This document shows, piece after piece, positions 1 through 46,317 of a DNA stretch of 64,000 bases. Below the pieces are notes generated by a model. The model did no database searches and was not told the DNA's origin. It saw only the letters and a list, made by a program, of their open reading frames with translations. This stretch comes from the human T2T-CHM13v2.0 reference genome, Homo sapiens. The DNA lies in the NCBI RefSeq assembly GCF_009914755.1, contig NC_060925.1; one strand, given 5' to 3'. The translations under genes and the position numbers were made by a program. Each line of letters opens with the position of its first letter. Positions within the stretch are counted from its first letter, which is position 1.

Positions 1-765
1 CCAGTGGAGGGAATGGGAAGTCCAACCTGGTGGGGAAGGGTTAGGATAGGGCAGGAAGCTGAAGGGGGCAAGCAGAGAAGAAAAACCAGAGAAAGGGAAG
101 GGAAGAACTGATTTTTGCCTGAGGAAGATGACAGCTTGATAGAAAAACCAGGAGCCAGGCCGAGTTTTTCAAAGAATGTTTACTTCCACCATCATGGTGT
201 TTGCTCACTGCCCTCAGGAGGTGAGCAGGGGAGGAACTATGGGCCATTCTCAGAGGAAAAGTCTGAAGGCCCTTCGCCCCGCTGGGTCACACTTGATGGC
301 CAGGGGATCAAGGGATGCTGGGGCCCCATGCCTTCTGCCTGTAACACTGCGGCCTCTATTCATGAGGCTCTAGTTGGCACTGGGCTGGGGACTGTGAGCC
401 TGTCCTATGGTCCTCCCAGCCACTGTGCCATCCCTGCTGCTGCTCATCCTTCAAGTCCCTTCTAATCCCTCCCCTCATCAACCTCCACTTGCAAACAAAC
501 AAGCAAACAAATCCTGCAATTGGACACATGGGAATGAACTGCAGGCAGGATCCAGCGCACTGTGCCGTCCATGGACCCAACACTGGCTAAATCCCAGGGA
601 TGGATTGGTCTAAAACTGAGACCACTTTGCCCCACAAGATCAAGAGAGGAGGGCTGATCTAAACATAGTTGTGGTTATTGTTAGTACAGCTAAGACAAGA
701 ACTGATTGAATGTTTCCTGTGTGCCAGGCTCTATACTTGCATTACCTTATTTATCTCTTTCATAA

Positions 766-2480
<1,715 letters not shown>

Positions 2481-3185
2481 CAGGTTACCATAATGTATTT
2501 AGACCAATTCATTCCTTGAGGCAGAGAAGGGGCTCCCTTTCCCCAAATCAAGGGAAAACCCTTATCCCCTGATGGGGTGGGGGGATACAGTTGCAGGGAA
2601 TGAAGAGGGAACACTGCTGTTGGGCAGACAGCTAAAAGTGTCTGGACAGGGCGCCAATACCAGATACAAGGAAATGGAGGGAGATTTTGCATGTTCAGTT
2701 CCTACAAGTCATCATCCTTCTTCTGAAAAGCATAATTTCCATCTGTCTTGTTGATGCCTGTTCTAGGCCTCATGATGATTCCTCTAACAGGTGTAGGCAT
2801 TTCCTCCGTGACACTCAGATGCAAAAACAAACTTTTAAAAAGTCAAACGAGCTCTGTCTCTGCCCCATCCACTAGGGTGGTGGGAAAATCCATCCTCAGT
2901 CACTGGGAAGGAGGGGTCCCTTGAGGTTTTCACCATCCAGGAAACATGGGGTAGAGGCCTCTGTCATTTGTTTCATCAAAATAATCTCTGAAGAGCTTTT
3001 GTTCAAGCCTCAGGGTCCATTCAAAAGAGGGGAGACAGTCTGTGTGCCCTTGACCTTGAACTTGCTGCAGAACTTCTCTCAGGCTCTTACCACCCACCAA
3101 AGTCTTCACTCAAAGAACCCACTACTTCTCTATCCTCCCCTTCTCACAGAATCCAGCTCTCTGTCCTGCCCGGGACCACCCTCCC

Positions 3186-3458
3186 TGTATTAGTCGGTTT
3201 TCATGCTGCTGATAAAGACATACCTAAGGCCGCGCACGGTGACTCACGCCTATAATCCCAGCACTTTGGGAGGCTGAGGCCGGCGGATCACGAGGTCAGG
3301 AGATGGAGACCATCCTGGCTAACACGGTGAAACCTCGTCTCTACTAAAAATACAAACAGGATTCAATTATCTCCCACTGGGTCCCTCCCACAACATGTAA
3401 GAATTATGGGAGCTACAATTCAAGATGAGGTTTGGGTGGGGACACAGCCAAACTATCA
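3186..3458 (-). mobile_element. THE1-type solo LTR, internally deleted, containing an Alu left-arm fragment (3228-3356, +)
   Basis: Starts tgtattagtc..gctgataaagacatacc and ends ggggacacagccaaactatca. 5-bp TSD CTCCC/CTTCC. Confidence 0.85.
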
Positions 3459-3921
3459 CTTCCTCTTCAACTTCTTTCCCTCCTCCTCCTGGCAGACCTA
3501 GGCCTCCCCAGCAATGCCTGGATAGGATGGTCTTCAAGGGACTCAGGACTTGACTGTACTTCCAGGAGAGAGACGTGCCCCAAGGGAACAGACAGTATGT
3601 GATGGAAACTCATCTGGGGAAGCAGGGAAGGAAGTGGCATCTCAGCTGCAAAGTGATGGAGGTGTTGTAGTGGGTTAGATGACAGAGGGCCGGGGGGGGG
3701 GGGGTGCAGCAGAGCATTCCAAACAGAGCAACCATCATCACAGCAATAGCTAACACTTACTGAACAATGCCTATACACCAGGTGCCATAAAGTAGGTACT
3801 TTTGTTGTCTCCAGTTTATGAAACTTACGGAACTTACATAACTCACCCAGTCATGCAACTAGTTAAGTAGATGAGCTGGGATTTCAAATCCAACCAGTCT
3901 GATGCTCAAACCTTTTTCTTA

Positions 3922-8022
<4,101 letters not shown>

Positions 8023-8034
8023 CCTTTTTCAATT

Positions 8035-8160
8035 TTTCTTGTAGATCCAAGGGATCCATGTGCAGATTTGCCACCTGGGTATATTTTGTGATGCTGAGGT
8101 TTGGGGTATGAATTATCCTGTCAACTAAGTTACTGAGCATAGTATTCAATGGTTAGTTTT
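8035..8160 (-). mobile_element. L1PB-like 3' end fragment
   Basis: catgtgcagatttg...ggtatatt..gtgatgctgaggtttggggtatgaat matches the reverse L1PB 3' terminus. Confidence 0.7.
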
Positions 8161-9709
8161 ACACAATACTTTTTTGTGTGAAGGTGATGCACAAAAAATC
8201 CAATGATTACACAATAAATACATGGGAAACTATTAATATGTAAAGAAGAAGTACGTGATGCTACTGCATAATAAGGAGAGCTGGGCTAGTTGGAGGTGGG
8301 GTGGGGATCAGGGAAGGTTTCACAAAGGAAGTGATATTTAAGCTGAAATTTGAGGGGTAAATAACGCTTAGGCTGGGGTATTGGCCCAGCCTTCCGAGTG
8401 GAAGGAATAGCATGTACAAATGTCCTGAGGTAGGAAAAAACTTGGCTTGGAGGGTTAGGGAGGGGACCAGAATTCCAATAAAGTAGCCCTCCTTCTTCCT
8501 ATCCCAATTTCTCTCTGCTGGCACTAGAAAAGTTTCTGAGTACCAGGCCCTTTGGGAAAGGGAGAGAGTTTTGGCAGCAGGTGACCACAGCAAAAATCTT
8601 TCTGATAAGTCCTTAGGTGGTTGAGTGGGAAAGCCCTGGGGTGGGGGGCTTGCTGTAGTTGGTAGAAGTGGCTGGACAGCAGCTAAGTGGGGTGGAGAAA
8701 ATGGAGAAGAGGGTGAGCTTGGGAATTCTGGCTTTGCTTTTTTCTGGGAAAGGGTAGGAGCCTTGCACATATATGGATGATTCAAGCTAGAGGGTGAGAT
8801 GAGGGAGAGCTCCTTGTCCAGCCACACACAGATCCAAGAGCATTGCCCCAGAGCCTAGAGCTCAGAACCCCTAATATTGTTCCACTCCAGTTCCCTTTGG
8901 GATCTTTATTATCCAAAAAGTATTTCTTGAGCACCTGCTGTGACCCCAGCCCTCTCCTGGATGCAGGGGTCAATCAGACCTGGTCCCTTTAAGGAGGGAG
9001 ACCAGTTCGGATAGAAATAATTACTATATGGGATAATTTAGTGCTGAGCACTAAATCTGTAACATGGGGACAATAATAATAGAAGCTACACCAAAGTGTT
9101 GGTGCATGGATAAAGTGCTTATCACAGTGCCTGGAGCAAAGTAATGCTTGGTAGAATGTTCTGGAAAGGCTAGGCACCCCAAGAAGAAGGATGGCTCTAA
9201 TCTGGAATGGTTAGGTCTTGGAAGGGGTGTGGCAAGGATGACTTAGCCAAGTGCCCCCCTTCTATCTGCTCGCACTGCAGCCAGAGTGCTCCTTAAGGTG
9301 GTCTTCAAGAGCCTGCCCACCACCTCATCGCCCCCTCACTTCCTGCCTTCTCCTCTTCCTGGCTTCCTTTCAGTCCCTCTGCTTCCTTTATCCGGAATCC
9401 TCTTCCCTTGTTACTTCCTTAAGTTAGTTCTTCCCCAAACTTCACACCTCACCTCAAGTGTCGTTTCCCCAGGGAAGCTGTCCTGACCCCTGGGTTTTGT
9501 AGACCCTGCCACTTTCTCAATTCGTACCTATATCTTAATGTCATTTTAGGGTTGCTCGCTCTCTCTCCTGCACTGGGCTGTAAGCCCCAGGAAGCAGAGG
9601 CTGCATCTGGTTTTGTGTACTAGAGGGTCCCCCCAAATACCCGGCTCTTCTATTAGGCACCCTCAGAATTTTTGTTGAGCGAATGAATGGGGTGCAAGAA
9701 AGGCACGGA

Positions 9710-9946
9710 TAATATAGGTTATTTACGGAGCATGTAACTGTCCGCAGGGCACTGCTCTAAGCTCTTTGTTCGAATCATTTTATTCAATCTCCCCAACCAC
9801 CCTCTGAGGGAGGTGGTACGATTTTCCTCATCTCACAGACAAAGAGAATGAAGCTGAGGGAGGTTAAGTGACTTACACAAGGTCACTCCGCCTGTTAGTG
9901 CAGGGGCGGGAGGCGGGATCCACACCCAGGTCCCTCTGACACCAAA
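9710..9946 (-). mobile_element. MIR abutting the promoter
   Basis: gaggttaagtgactta..caaggtcac....gggat..acccaggtc..tctgac.ccaaag matches the MIR core in reverse. Confidence 0.75.
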
Positions 9947-10015
9947 GTGGCAAGGGGGTGGGAGGGGAGTCCAGGTTGGGACGGGGTCGCACTCGAGCCG
10001 GCGGAGCATCCCTAG

Positions 10016-10603
<588 letters not shown>

Positions 10604-13119
10604 TGAGTCCGCTGCGGGCCGGCGCCGCAGGGCTGGAGCCCGGGGTGAGGGTGGGGATCACGAACTTGAGACCCCAAGCCCGTTCCCTGGACTCCCCGCG
10701 CCTCCGCATTTCCTGCAGGGGCACCTGGGGCCCAGCGAGAGGCGAGGCCACTTACATCGAGGGGAACACAGGAATGTGTGTCATCGTGTGTATGTGTGTG
10801 TGTGGTGCGGGGGGGGGAGTGCGCCGCGGTTGACTAAATTACATTTGATCATCTGTTGGCATCCCCTTGCTTCTTTGTGGGACAGTTTGGCGTCAGTTTG
10901 TGTGTCTGTCACAGTTTGTGAGTGGATGGTTGTGACAGTACAACTGTATGTTTGGACGTCGGAAACATGCCCATGGGGTGGGCAGAGCTGCTCTGAGGTG
11001 CCGCGGGCCTTTGGGGAGACCGGTGTGAGGGCACCGTGCAGGCAGGGCGGACAGGAGGGTGCTGGGTGTCAGCACCTCGCCGTGGGGCCCTTACCAAGTC
11101 ATATTTGGTGCTCATCTGTTGGTGTGAGCTTGTCCCTAACGGTCAGTTTGTGATTCTGTCTGAATGTAACAATGTGACTGTTGTTTCTTGTCAAGCTCTT
11201 GAAACCCCGAGGGCGGCAGAGCATCCGGAGTGGCCGTCGTCCCTGTGTTTGTGCAGCTGTGTGTGCCTTTGCCAGTGATTCCTGGATAACATGGGCGACA
11301 GCTGTGGGCCGCCAACCGGTTCTCTGTTCCCTTCGCCAGTGCCCATCTGGTCAGGAATTCTGAATAGGATTCAGAGAAGACTCACGCCCTCCTCACAAAT
11401 GCCCTCTCCCATTTTCTCTTTGCCTCCTCTAACAGTCTTTTCTTCTGCCAGAGGCAGCAGAGGTTGGTCTGGGCGGGAGTGGATTTTGAGTTTTCATCCC
11501 AGGAAGTGAGGTGCTCTTCTTGGAGTTTATGGAGAGTGCTGGGACCTTCTCAGAGAGCCTAAGACGTCAGCTTGCCCCAGAAGTAGCCCTCCTGATACAG
11601 CCCCACAAGCTCAGACATGGCCAGTAAGGGTTGAGAGGAAAATTTCCATCTTTAAAACAACAAAGATGCCCTCGTATTTGCTGTTAGTTGAAAATGGGTC
11701 CTTCATGCTGGTGGACCAAGGACATGGCCCTAAACCTCTCTGGGCTGTGGGTGCCACCATGCAGGGCATAGGTCAGGTCGTGGACTCAGAGGTTAGAGAG
11801 ATGAACTGTAGTCTCAGCCTAGTCATGGATGCCCAGGCATCATTCTTCCTGCCCTGCCTCCCATCCGCCTCAGTTTCCCTGTTCGAAGAATACAGACCTA
11901 ATCTCCTCAATTGGAAAGTATGAATTCCAGGGTATGGGGTCTCTGCAGCGCAGAACGTGGTGTGTTGGAGCATGGGATGAGGTGTGTGGGTGTCAGTGGG
12001 CTTCGGCATTGATGATCTCTGGGAGATCTTTGCTCCTCCAGAAAGAGTGGCGGGTACAAGAATTTCCTGTGCTTTCCATGACTCATCACAAGCAACAGTG
12101 GGAGAATTCCCCCCAAGCACAGGCGGGACTGATCTTTACTTTGTGTCTTTGTCAGTGATTCTCCCCACTTCGCAGGCTTCGAGGCAGGCCGGCCTGGTAT
12201 GAATCCCTGCTCTGCCACGAACTGGCTCTGTGACTTGGATGAATCACTTAGCCTCTTTGAGCCTCAGTTTCTTCATCTGTAGAATGACGTAATGATAAAT
12301 CTTCTTCCACAGGGTTGTTGTGAGGTGTCAGTGAGAGAGCACATAACGCACTGGCCTGGCGCCTGGACCCAGTAAATGGACGCTGTCTGTATAGCGAGGC
12401 GGAGGGATTTTCTAGATCCTGTAGAATCTGACTAAAGAAGGGAGCTTGAGGGAGGTGCTTGTCCTAAGGTGGGCCTGAGAGTAGCTGTGATTCTGAGAGC
12501 TCCGGATTCCTGGCACCTGCCCTGTCTAGGGGAGCTCCAGGTGCCCAAGTCTGGAAAAAGCCGAGCGTCGGTGTGTTCAGTCTCATTTCCAACCTTTTCC
12601 CCGGGGCCTCTGGCTGGTTGGCTGACTGAGCACAACTTCCCCACTACCACTGAGCAAGGGGAGGGGACTCCCACTGCTGAGGGTCCACTGTGGGGAGGCT
12701 CTGGGCTCAGCCTGCTAGGGGCATTCCCACACAGCCTTCCCGGAATCGCATTGCCAAGTGTACGCAAGCAGCTTAGTGGGCCCCTAGGGGTCCCCATGTT
12801 GCCAAGACATTTCGCTGGTCAACCATTTATGTGAAAATTGTATCTCTGGGTCTGAATGATTGAATCCTCACCTTCAATCCTATGGGACAGGCATTAGAAT
12901 CATCATCAGTACCCGCATCCTGCAGATAAAATGAGGAATCTGCAGCTCAGAGACAGGCAAGGTGACTTGTTCTCGGAGGGTACCACAGTTGGCACCAGGC
13001 CCAGAGCTAGAACCTTAGTCTGTGACTTAAGTCCAAAACTTTTCTCCAGAGTTGCCTGGGGTAGAGGACAGTCAAAGCATTGTCTGGAAGGAGGGTGGCA
13101 GAATTCTGTCCCTCCTCTT

Positions 13120-23673
<10,554 letters not shown>

Positions 23674-24116
23674 CCAAGAAGTGGGTTCTTACACAGGGCA
23701 GCCTGGCCTAGGGGCTACTGATAACACATGATAGGCCTAAAGAACTCCAGGTTCCCTGGGACAAGGCCAACAGCAGGGAGGCAGCCCTGTCCTTCATCAG
23801 CAGGTGGACTAGGGTTCAAATCCAGCTTCTTGCTGGCTGTCCACTGTTGAACTCAGCGTGCTGTCTGTTTTCTCATCTGTGAAATGGGGATGATAGAAAA
23901 ACTCTACATCATTGGGTTGTCCCCCCTGAAGTACCAGGCACAGTTCTAGGTACTTGGGATGCAACAGTGATGAAGACACAGTCCTTGCCCTCATGGAGCT
24001 GACAGTCTAGTGGGGAAAAGATGGACAGTAAACAAATAGATATAAGGCTAAGGCTATAGGCAGTGAAGTCAACCGAAACAGGCATTGGGTGAGAGGGTGG
24101 CGGGGCTGCAGTTGTA

Positions 24117-28747
<4,631 letters not shown>

Positions 28748-29220
28748 TATATGGAGAGGTCAAAGAAGAGGAGACAAATGAGCAGAGGACTGTTGCTTGG
28801 AGGAAGAGTGTTTTAGGCAGAGGGAACAGCAAGGGCAAAGGTTAAGGGGGATGATGCTGTATGGCTTTAGCACAGGGCCTGGCCCACAGCAAGAAGCCAT
28901 TGGTGATAATGAGGCCTTTTGGATCATTGCCCAGCACCTGGGAACCAGGGCAGGAATTAAGCCAGAGCGGAGATGCTGCTTCTCCTGGCCCCACCAGATG
29001 CTGTCCCCACCAGATGCCCCTGCAGGACAGATGGAGATAATCTGTTTCCCTTGGTTACAAAAACTCATCCTCCCACAGTGCTGGGAAATACCCCACATCT
29101 AGTGATTTTCCATTCCTCCCTGAGGGGAGCGAATGGAGCTGTCCTGCTGGGAGGGGCAGGTTAGCCACAAGACACTCCTTCCACCTGCCTAGGCCTTGTT
29201 GTCCCATATAAGAGAGGGCT

Positions 29221-30723
<1,503 letters not shown>

Positions 30724-31332
30724 TCATCTTTGGGTCAGTTTCTTCTATAAACAAAATGGGAATATACTGAGACCCACTTCCTGGGGTGTGTGTGATTCAA
30801 ATGAGAGAACATGTGTGATGCTCTGAACAGGGGCTCCCTAGCCCATTGTCCTCAAAGGGTATTTCTTTGCTGGGGAGCTGGGTGGGTACAGGTTAGGGAA
30901 ACTGTAACATCTACATCACTGTCACTAAGAATAATAAACTTGTGGACATTATTTACGTGGAATTGTGGGACTGAAACATTAAGCTGGCAGATGGTGAGGA
31001 CTCAAAATCATGAAGAACCGAGAAATTACAACTGTGGAAAAAATGAGCCTGTGTTTGACAAGATTAGAAGGCTCTCTACAGGAGACCTTGCATGCAAAAT
31101 CTCACTGAGTCTTCACAACACTTCTATGAGGTAGGAACAATGTAATGTGCCCATTTTACAGGTGAAGAAGCTGAGACTCAGAGATGAAAGACTTTTGCCT
31201 AAGGGCACCTGGTTAGTAAGTGTCTGACAGCAAAGCCCCCCATGTGATGGTGGGTGTCACTGCCCTTTTCCAGCTCAGGAGACTGCGTGGCTCTGTGGCA
31301 CCAGCCTTGGCCTAGAGCGTGGGCTTTGGGTC

Positions 31333-31686
31333 TGTATCAGGCATGATCCTATCAGAGAAAAAGCACCAGTAGGATATATTTCAGGGAGTTGGCTTATACC
31401 GTTGTGGGGTCTGGCTGGGCAAGTCTGAAAGTGGTAGGTGGAAAACTCAGGCAGGAGCTGATGCTAGAGGTGGAGTTTCTTCTGAGAAATCTGTTTTGTT
31501 CATAAGGCCTTTGAACTGATTGGAAAAGGCCAACCCAGATGATCAAGGATAATCTCCTTAAAGTCAGCTGATGGCAGATACTAACCACAGCTACAAAATC
31601 CTTTCACAGCAACGCCTCGATTAGTGTCTGATAAAATAGCCGGGTACTATAGTCTAGCCAAGTCGACACATCAGACTAACCATCAC
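31333..31686 (-). mobile_element. MLT2 (ERVL) solo LTR
   Basis: Motifs aaggcctt..aactgattgga..aggcc.accca and the terminus agccaagt.gacacat..aactaaccatcac. Confidence 0.8.
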
Positions 31687-31908
31687 GGGGCCAGACAGAC
31701 CTGGGCTTGAGTCCTGGTACTACAACCTGTCAGCTGTGTTTCGTTGGGCAAGTTTCCCTGACTCTCTGATCCACAGTCCCCTCATCTACCAAATGCCGTG
31801 GTAGTGCTTACTACATTTGGCTATCAGGATTAAATGCAATGATATAAATCACAGTGCCTTCATCCAGTGCCTGTCACCTAGAGAGAGGGAAGACACACAC
31901 AAAAGTAG

Positions 31909-32663
<755 letters not shown>

Positions 32664-34155
32664 CATTCAGGTACTTCTTAAATATCCAGATGGCACTTTG
32701 TTAACGAGATTTGGTCTGTAGAGTTGTTGGGATCTATAATAAAAATCACCCAACTACGAGACAAGAGGGCAGTAAGATGTGCAGGAACCTCAGGCTGCTG
32801 TCTCCTTCAGAGAAACCCCTGACTTTTCAGCTTAGAAAGTCTTTCCTCCAGGGAGCCTTCTCTGATTGCTCCTCACCGCCCTTCCAGCCAACAGGTAACC
32901 CTCCTCTATGTTCCCACAGTGTCCTGTGTGTCCCCCGCCATTGGAATAGGGTCTATGCACTATTTCAGACACCTGTTTGCTCCCCTGTTCTGCTCTCCCC
33001 ACCATGAGTGGGTGTGGGGTAGAGGGAGTATATCCTTTGTTCATAGCTGGAGCCCCAGCAGAGGGTCCAACACTCAGACAGCATGTCACTAGGTGTTTGT
33101 ACAAAGGACCTGTCCTATTTCCAGAGGTCCAGGGTCTGATATGCCACATCCTTGTGGGAGTCTGCGTTCTTGGGCCCCCATTGTGCCTGCTGCCCCATCC
33201 CTGGTCCAGCCACCCCTAAGCCAGAAGCAGAGCCAGGGTGGTGGGGAGGAGCTGCTCTTCCCTGGCTGCCATGAGTGTGTTGTTCTTGAACTGAGGTGAA
33301 CGAGGCATCTGTCCTGCTTCTTGTTGAGTGTGACCTGGCTGGCCTCCCTGCTCATGTTCAACTCTGGGGCCTGGATTTCTCTGTTCCAGCCTTTAATCTT
33401 CTCCTATGACATGCTCTCTGGGCTTCATTATAATTAACCACTTTCCTTCCTCAGGCTGTGCCAAAACTGAGACAGCTAATTAATTTCTGGCCACTTGCCA
33501 CTCTCGTTAAGTGGTGGGCAGGGATGCAGCCTGCAGCTCTTGCTGCCCAGCTGGGCTTGTTTTGCCAGTCGTGGAGGGCAACCACCCTTTGTCTGCAAAT
33601 AGAGGGAGCCCCAGCTGGACCCCGGCTGACTGGCAGTAGCTTCATTGAAGCTATTTGTTCCCCCACAGTGGGCAGAGCCTTTGTGATCACTGTGGTAGAT
33701 GTGCCTTGGTTTCCTCATTTGTAAAATCAAGGGAATGAACTTGACCTGCAGCAGGGAGAAGATTGGGTGGTGGTTAGGAGTGTGGGTTCTGGAGTCCAAG
33801 GAACCTGAGACCCAAGCTAGGCCCTGCCATCCCTAGCTGTGGGCCTCTGGGTGAGTTACTTCATCCCTCTGAGCCTCAACATTCCCCACCTGTAAGATGG
33901 GGAGAGCAGTGCTCACCTCCTGTGGCGGTTGTGCGGATTCAGTGGGTTATGGAGCACATGGCTGCCACTTAGGAGGGAGACTGGCACATAGTGAGCGCTC
34001 GTAAACGCTCTACCCAGACATCTCTCCTTCTAGGCTAACATTCTATATTCTTGATGGAAAAAAGGCCTTCTGTTGTGAGAGCTGGGGTGTGGAGCAATTT
34101 TAACAGACATTGCTTCTGTGTTTAGGCCATGCCTGGTGAGATGGTTAGCCCCTTC

Positions 34156-35971
<1,816 letters not shown>

Positions 35972-36889
35972 CCCTCCCAAGGCTTACTTTCCTCCTCTGT
36001 ACACTGAGGATGGCAGCAATTTCATAGGGTTTTTGGAGGGATTAAATGAGGTGATCTCTGTAAATGTCATAGTAGCATTCGATAGAATGTGTCAGTTGTG
36101 TAAGCACTGAGTCCACATAGCTGCTGAGATGGAGATGGTGGTGAAATGATGATAGTGATTGAGATGGTTCCATTCATGGACCTACCCTATGCTGGTTAAT
36201 CACTAGACACAGGGACCTAGAATGTAGACATCTGCCAAGAGCCGGGACCTTGTCAGAAATTCTGAAGTCTTGGACAGGATTCTCCTTCCCCTTTAGCCTC
36301 AGCCACCTTGAACCTCACCTGAGACTTAGTTCCTAGGTCAGCTTGAAGAAGCAGAAGGAACTTGGTTTCCCAGAAGTCAGCAGAACAGATTTTCTGTGTG
36401 ACCTTGCACAACTGTTTTCCCCTTTCCAGGCCTCAGTTTCCCCATCTGTAAAGTGAGAGAGGAGGTTTGAACCCATTGTTACCCATCAGAGCCTCTTCCA
36501 GCACTGAAGTTCCAACACAGGGCTCTGTGTCTCACCCCCATGGTGGCAGGTTACCAAGAGCCAGCAGAGAAGTCAGGGGCCCTGGGACTCCAGGGGCAGC
36601 CTCAAAGGTACATTTTGGATCCATCTTGTTCACTTGAGCAAGAAGAGAAGCCACTATGATATGGGTGCACCAGGCAGAGTGCTAGGAACATGGCAGGCAT
36701 TACCTCATTTGATATTCCCCACACCATCACGAGGCAGGAAAGATCATGATAACCAGTTCACAGAGGAGTAAACCGAGGCTCAGAGAAGTTAGAGCTCACC
36801 CAAGATCAATGCAATTAGTTAGGGACAGAGCTGGGGCTTCAGTAGGTGTGTCCAGTGTCAAAGTCCATGCTTCTCCTTGGGCTGCCCTT

Positions 36890-37405
36890 TTTTTTGGTTG
36901 TTGTAAGAGATGGGATCTAAAGCTGTGTCGCCCAGGCTGAAGTGCAATGGCTATTCACAGGCACCATCGTGGCACACTACTGCCTTGAACTTCCGGGCTC
37001 AAGTGATCCTCCTGCCTCAGCCTCCCAGGAGCTGAGACTATGCATACTTTTATCAGATTAGTTCCCTGGGGCTGCCAAAATAAATTACTGCAGACTTGAT
37101 GGCTTAAAACAGAAATGTATTCTCTCACAGTTCTGGAGGCCAGAAATCCAAAATCAAGGTGACAGCAGGGCTGTGCTTTCTCTGAAGCCTCTTGGGGAGA
37201 ATCTTTCCTTGCTTCTTCCCGTTTCTGGTGGCTCCAGGCTCTTCTTAGTTTGCAGCTGCATCGTCTAATTTCTGCTTCCCTCTTCACACGGCCCTCTCCT
37301 CTCCTCCCTGTGTGTCTCTTACAAGGACACTTGTTGCTGGAGTTAGAGTCCCCCTCAATGATCCAAGATGGGCTTGAGATCCTTAACTTAATTATGACTG
37401 CAAAT
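36890..37405 (-). mobile_element. FAM (~36890-37045) followed by an MLT1C-like LTR fragment (~37055-37405)
   Basis: ggctattcacaggcaccatc (FAM); ggcttaaaacagaaatgtattctctcacagttctggaggccagaa (MLT1). Confidence 0.75.
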
Positions 37406-38261
37406 GATTTTGCATTTATAGTGAGCAGCTGTTATTTCTGAGAGCTCGAACAGCATTTGGGAATAAAATTAATTCTAAATACTCCAGCAATCCACACTGG
37501 ATTTGGTTGGAGACCAAATGAGCTTTGGTCTAGGCTGGAGCCGTTTGTTCAGTTTGGTTCCTGAGGTACCACAGGGTCAGTGCGACTGGGTGTAGACGTT
37601 CTCACCTTGTTGCTGTTGTTGTTACTGTTTTTGATTTTAGGTCTCTTGCCCCCACCTTGAACTCATGGGCTGTTGTGCATCAGTGGGAAAAAAAAACCCT
37701 CAGTTTAGTTAACGACAAATTAGCTACCTTGGATAAATGATCAGAGTAAACATTTCCCCCACGACCAGCAGAGCTGAGTCACTTCAGACTTCAGGGCAAA
37801 CAGGGTCAGGCCCAGGCATCCTTCAGGGCACCTGGGCTGGCCCAGGGTGAGCATGGGAGAAGGTAGGAAGGGAGGGAGGGAAGAAGGACGAAAGGAGACA
37901 GTGCAAGGGGAAGGGAGGATGAGGAAGAGAGATGCTCTGATTCGATCTCTTTGGTCTGTTGCTCATTACTGAGGATCAGGGCACCCTGGCACCTGCACTC
38001 AGGGTTCCTCCAGTAAGCGCTGTGTCTCCTCTGAGCCTGGCCCTGTGCTGGGTGCTGGGTCCTGGGAGACAGCATGAAGGGGACACAGTTCCTGCCTGAG
38101 GGATGTCTCAGTCTAGTGTGGAAGACAGACACATGAACATTTATTCATTTCACAAATGTGTTTTGAGTACCTGCTTTGTGCTGGGTGCTGCTGTAGGTTC
38201 TAGGCTCTTCGTGATAGCCAAGACAGACGTGATCCCTGCCCTCTGGGAGCTTATATATATA

Positions 38262-40985
<2,724 letters not shown>

Positions 40986-41249
40986 ATACCAGGTCAGGGA
41001 GTACCAAAAGGGCTGCAATTTTCAACTACACACTGGCTTGTATGCTGCACGCTTTCACACGTGCGGCTCCTAGAAAGCATCATTACACTGAAATTACCAA
41101 CAAGGAAGCAGGTTCAGAAAGGTGAAGTGACTTGCTCAAGATCACTGAGCTATGTATGTTGGGGAGCCAAGATCTGAATGGCTCGAAAGGACCCCCTCAC
41201 CCCACTCCCAAGCTTAGAAAATAAACACAGCGACAGCTCTTGATTACCG

Positions 41250-43770
<2,521 letters not shown>

Positions 43771-44249
43771 ACCTTTTGTAATAGAAAAAAAATTAGAGAA
43801 CAACAGTAGAGTTTTGGGAAATGGAGCCATAAACAATTTCTCTTTCTAGAAAGTTGGGTCTCTTGCTCCCTCCTGCCTTGTGCTCCATCTGGCTTCCACA
43901 CAGTAGTCAGCGTGATCTTTTAAGAAACTCACATAAATGAACCACATCACTTCCCTGTTTAAAGTCTTCAATGGCTTCCTGTTACACTCAGAGTAAACCC
44001 AAACTTCTTGCCATAGCCCAAAGGCCCTGTGTGATTTGACTCCTGCAGATTTCCGCTGCCGCCTCTCCTGTTGCCTCCTTTCTGGCTCACTACACTGTCA
44101 TCACATGTGATTTCTGACCATTCCTGCAGCCCATCAGGCTCTTTCCTGCTACAGGGACTTTGTACATGCTGTTCCTTCTCTTTGGACCAAACTTCCTCCT
44201 TCACTTCACATGGCTAACTCTCATCCTTCCAACCTGGCAGAAATGTTGC

Positions 44250-46317
<2,068 letters not shown>

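Noticed and set aside
555-582. Possible REST/RE1 site (also half-sites near 11069 and 17714)
   Set aside because: Only half-site similarity. No correctly spaced TCAGCACC-nn-GGACAG pair was found.
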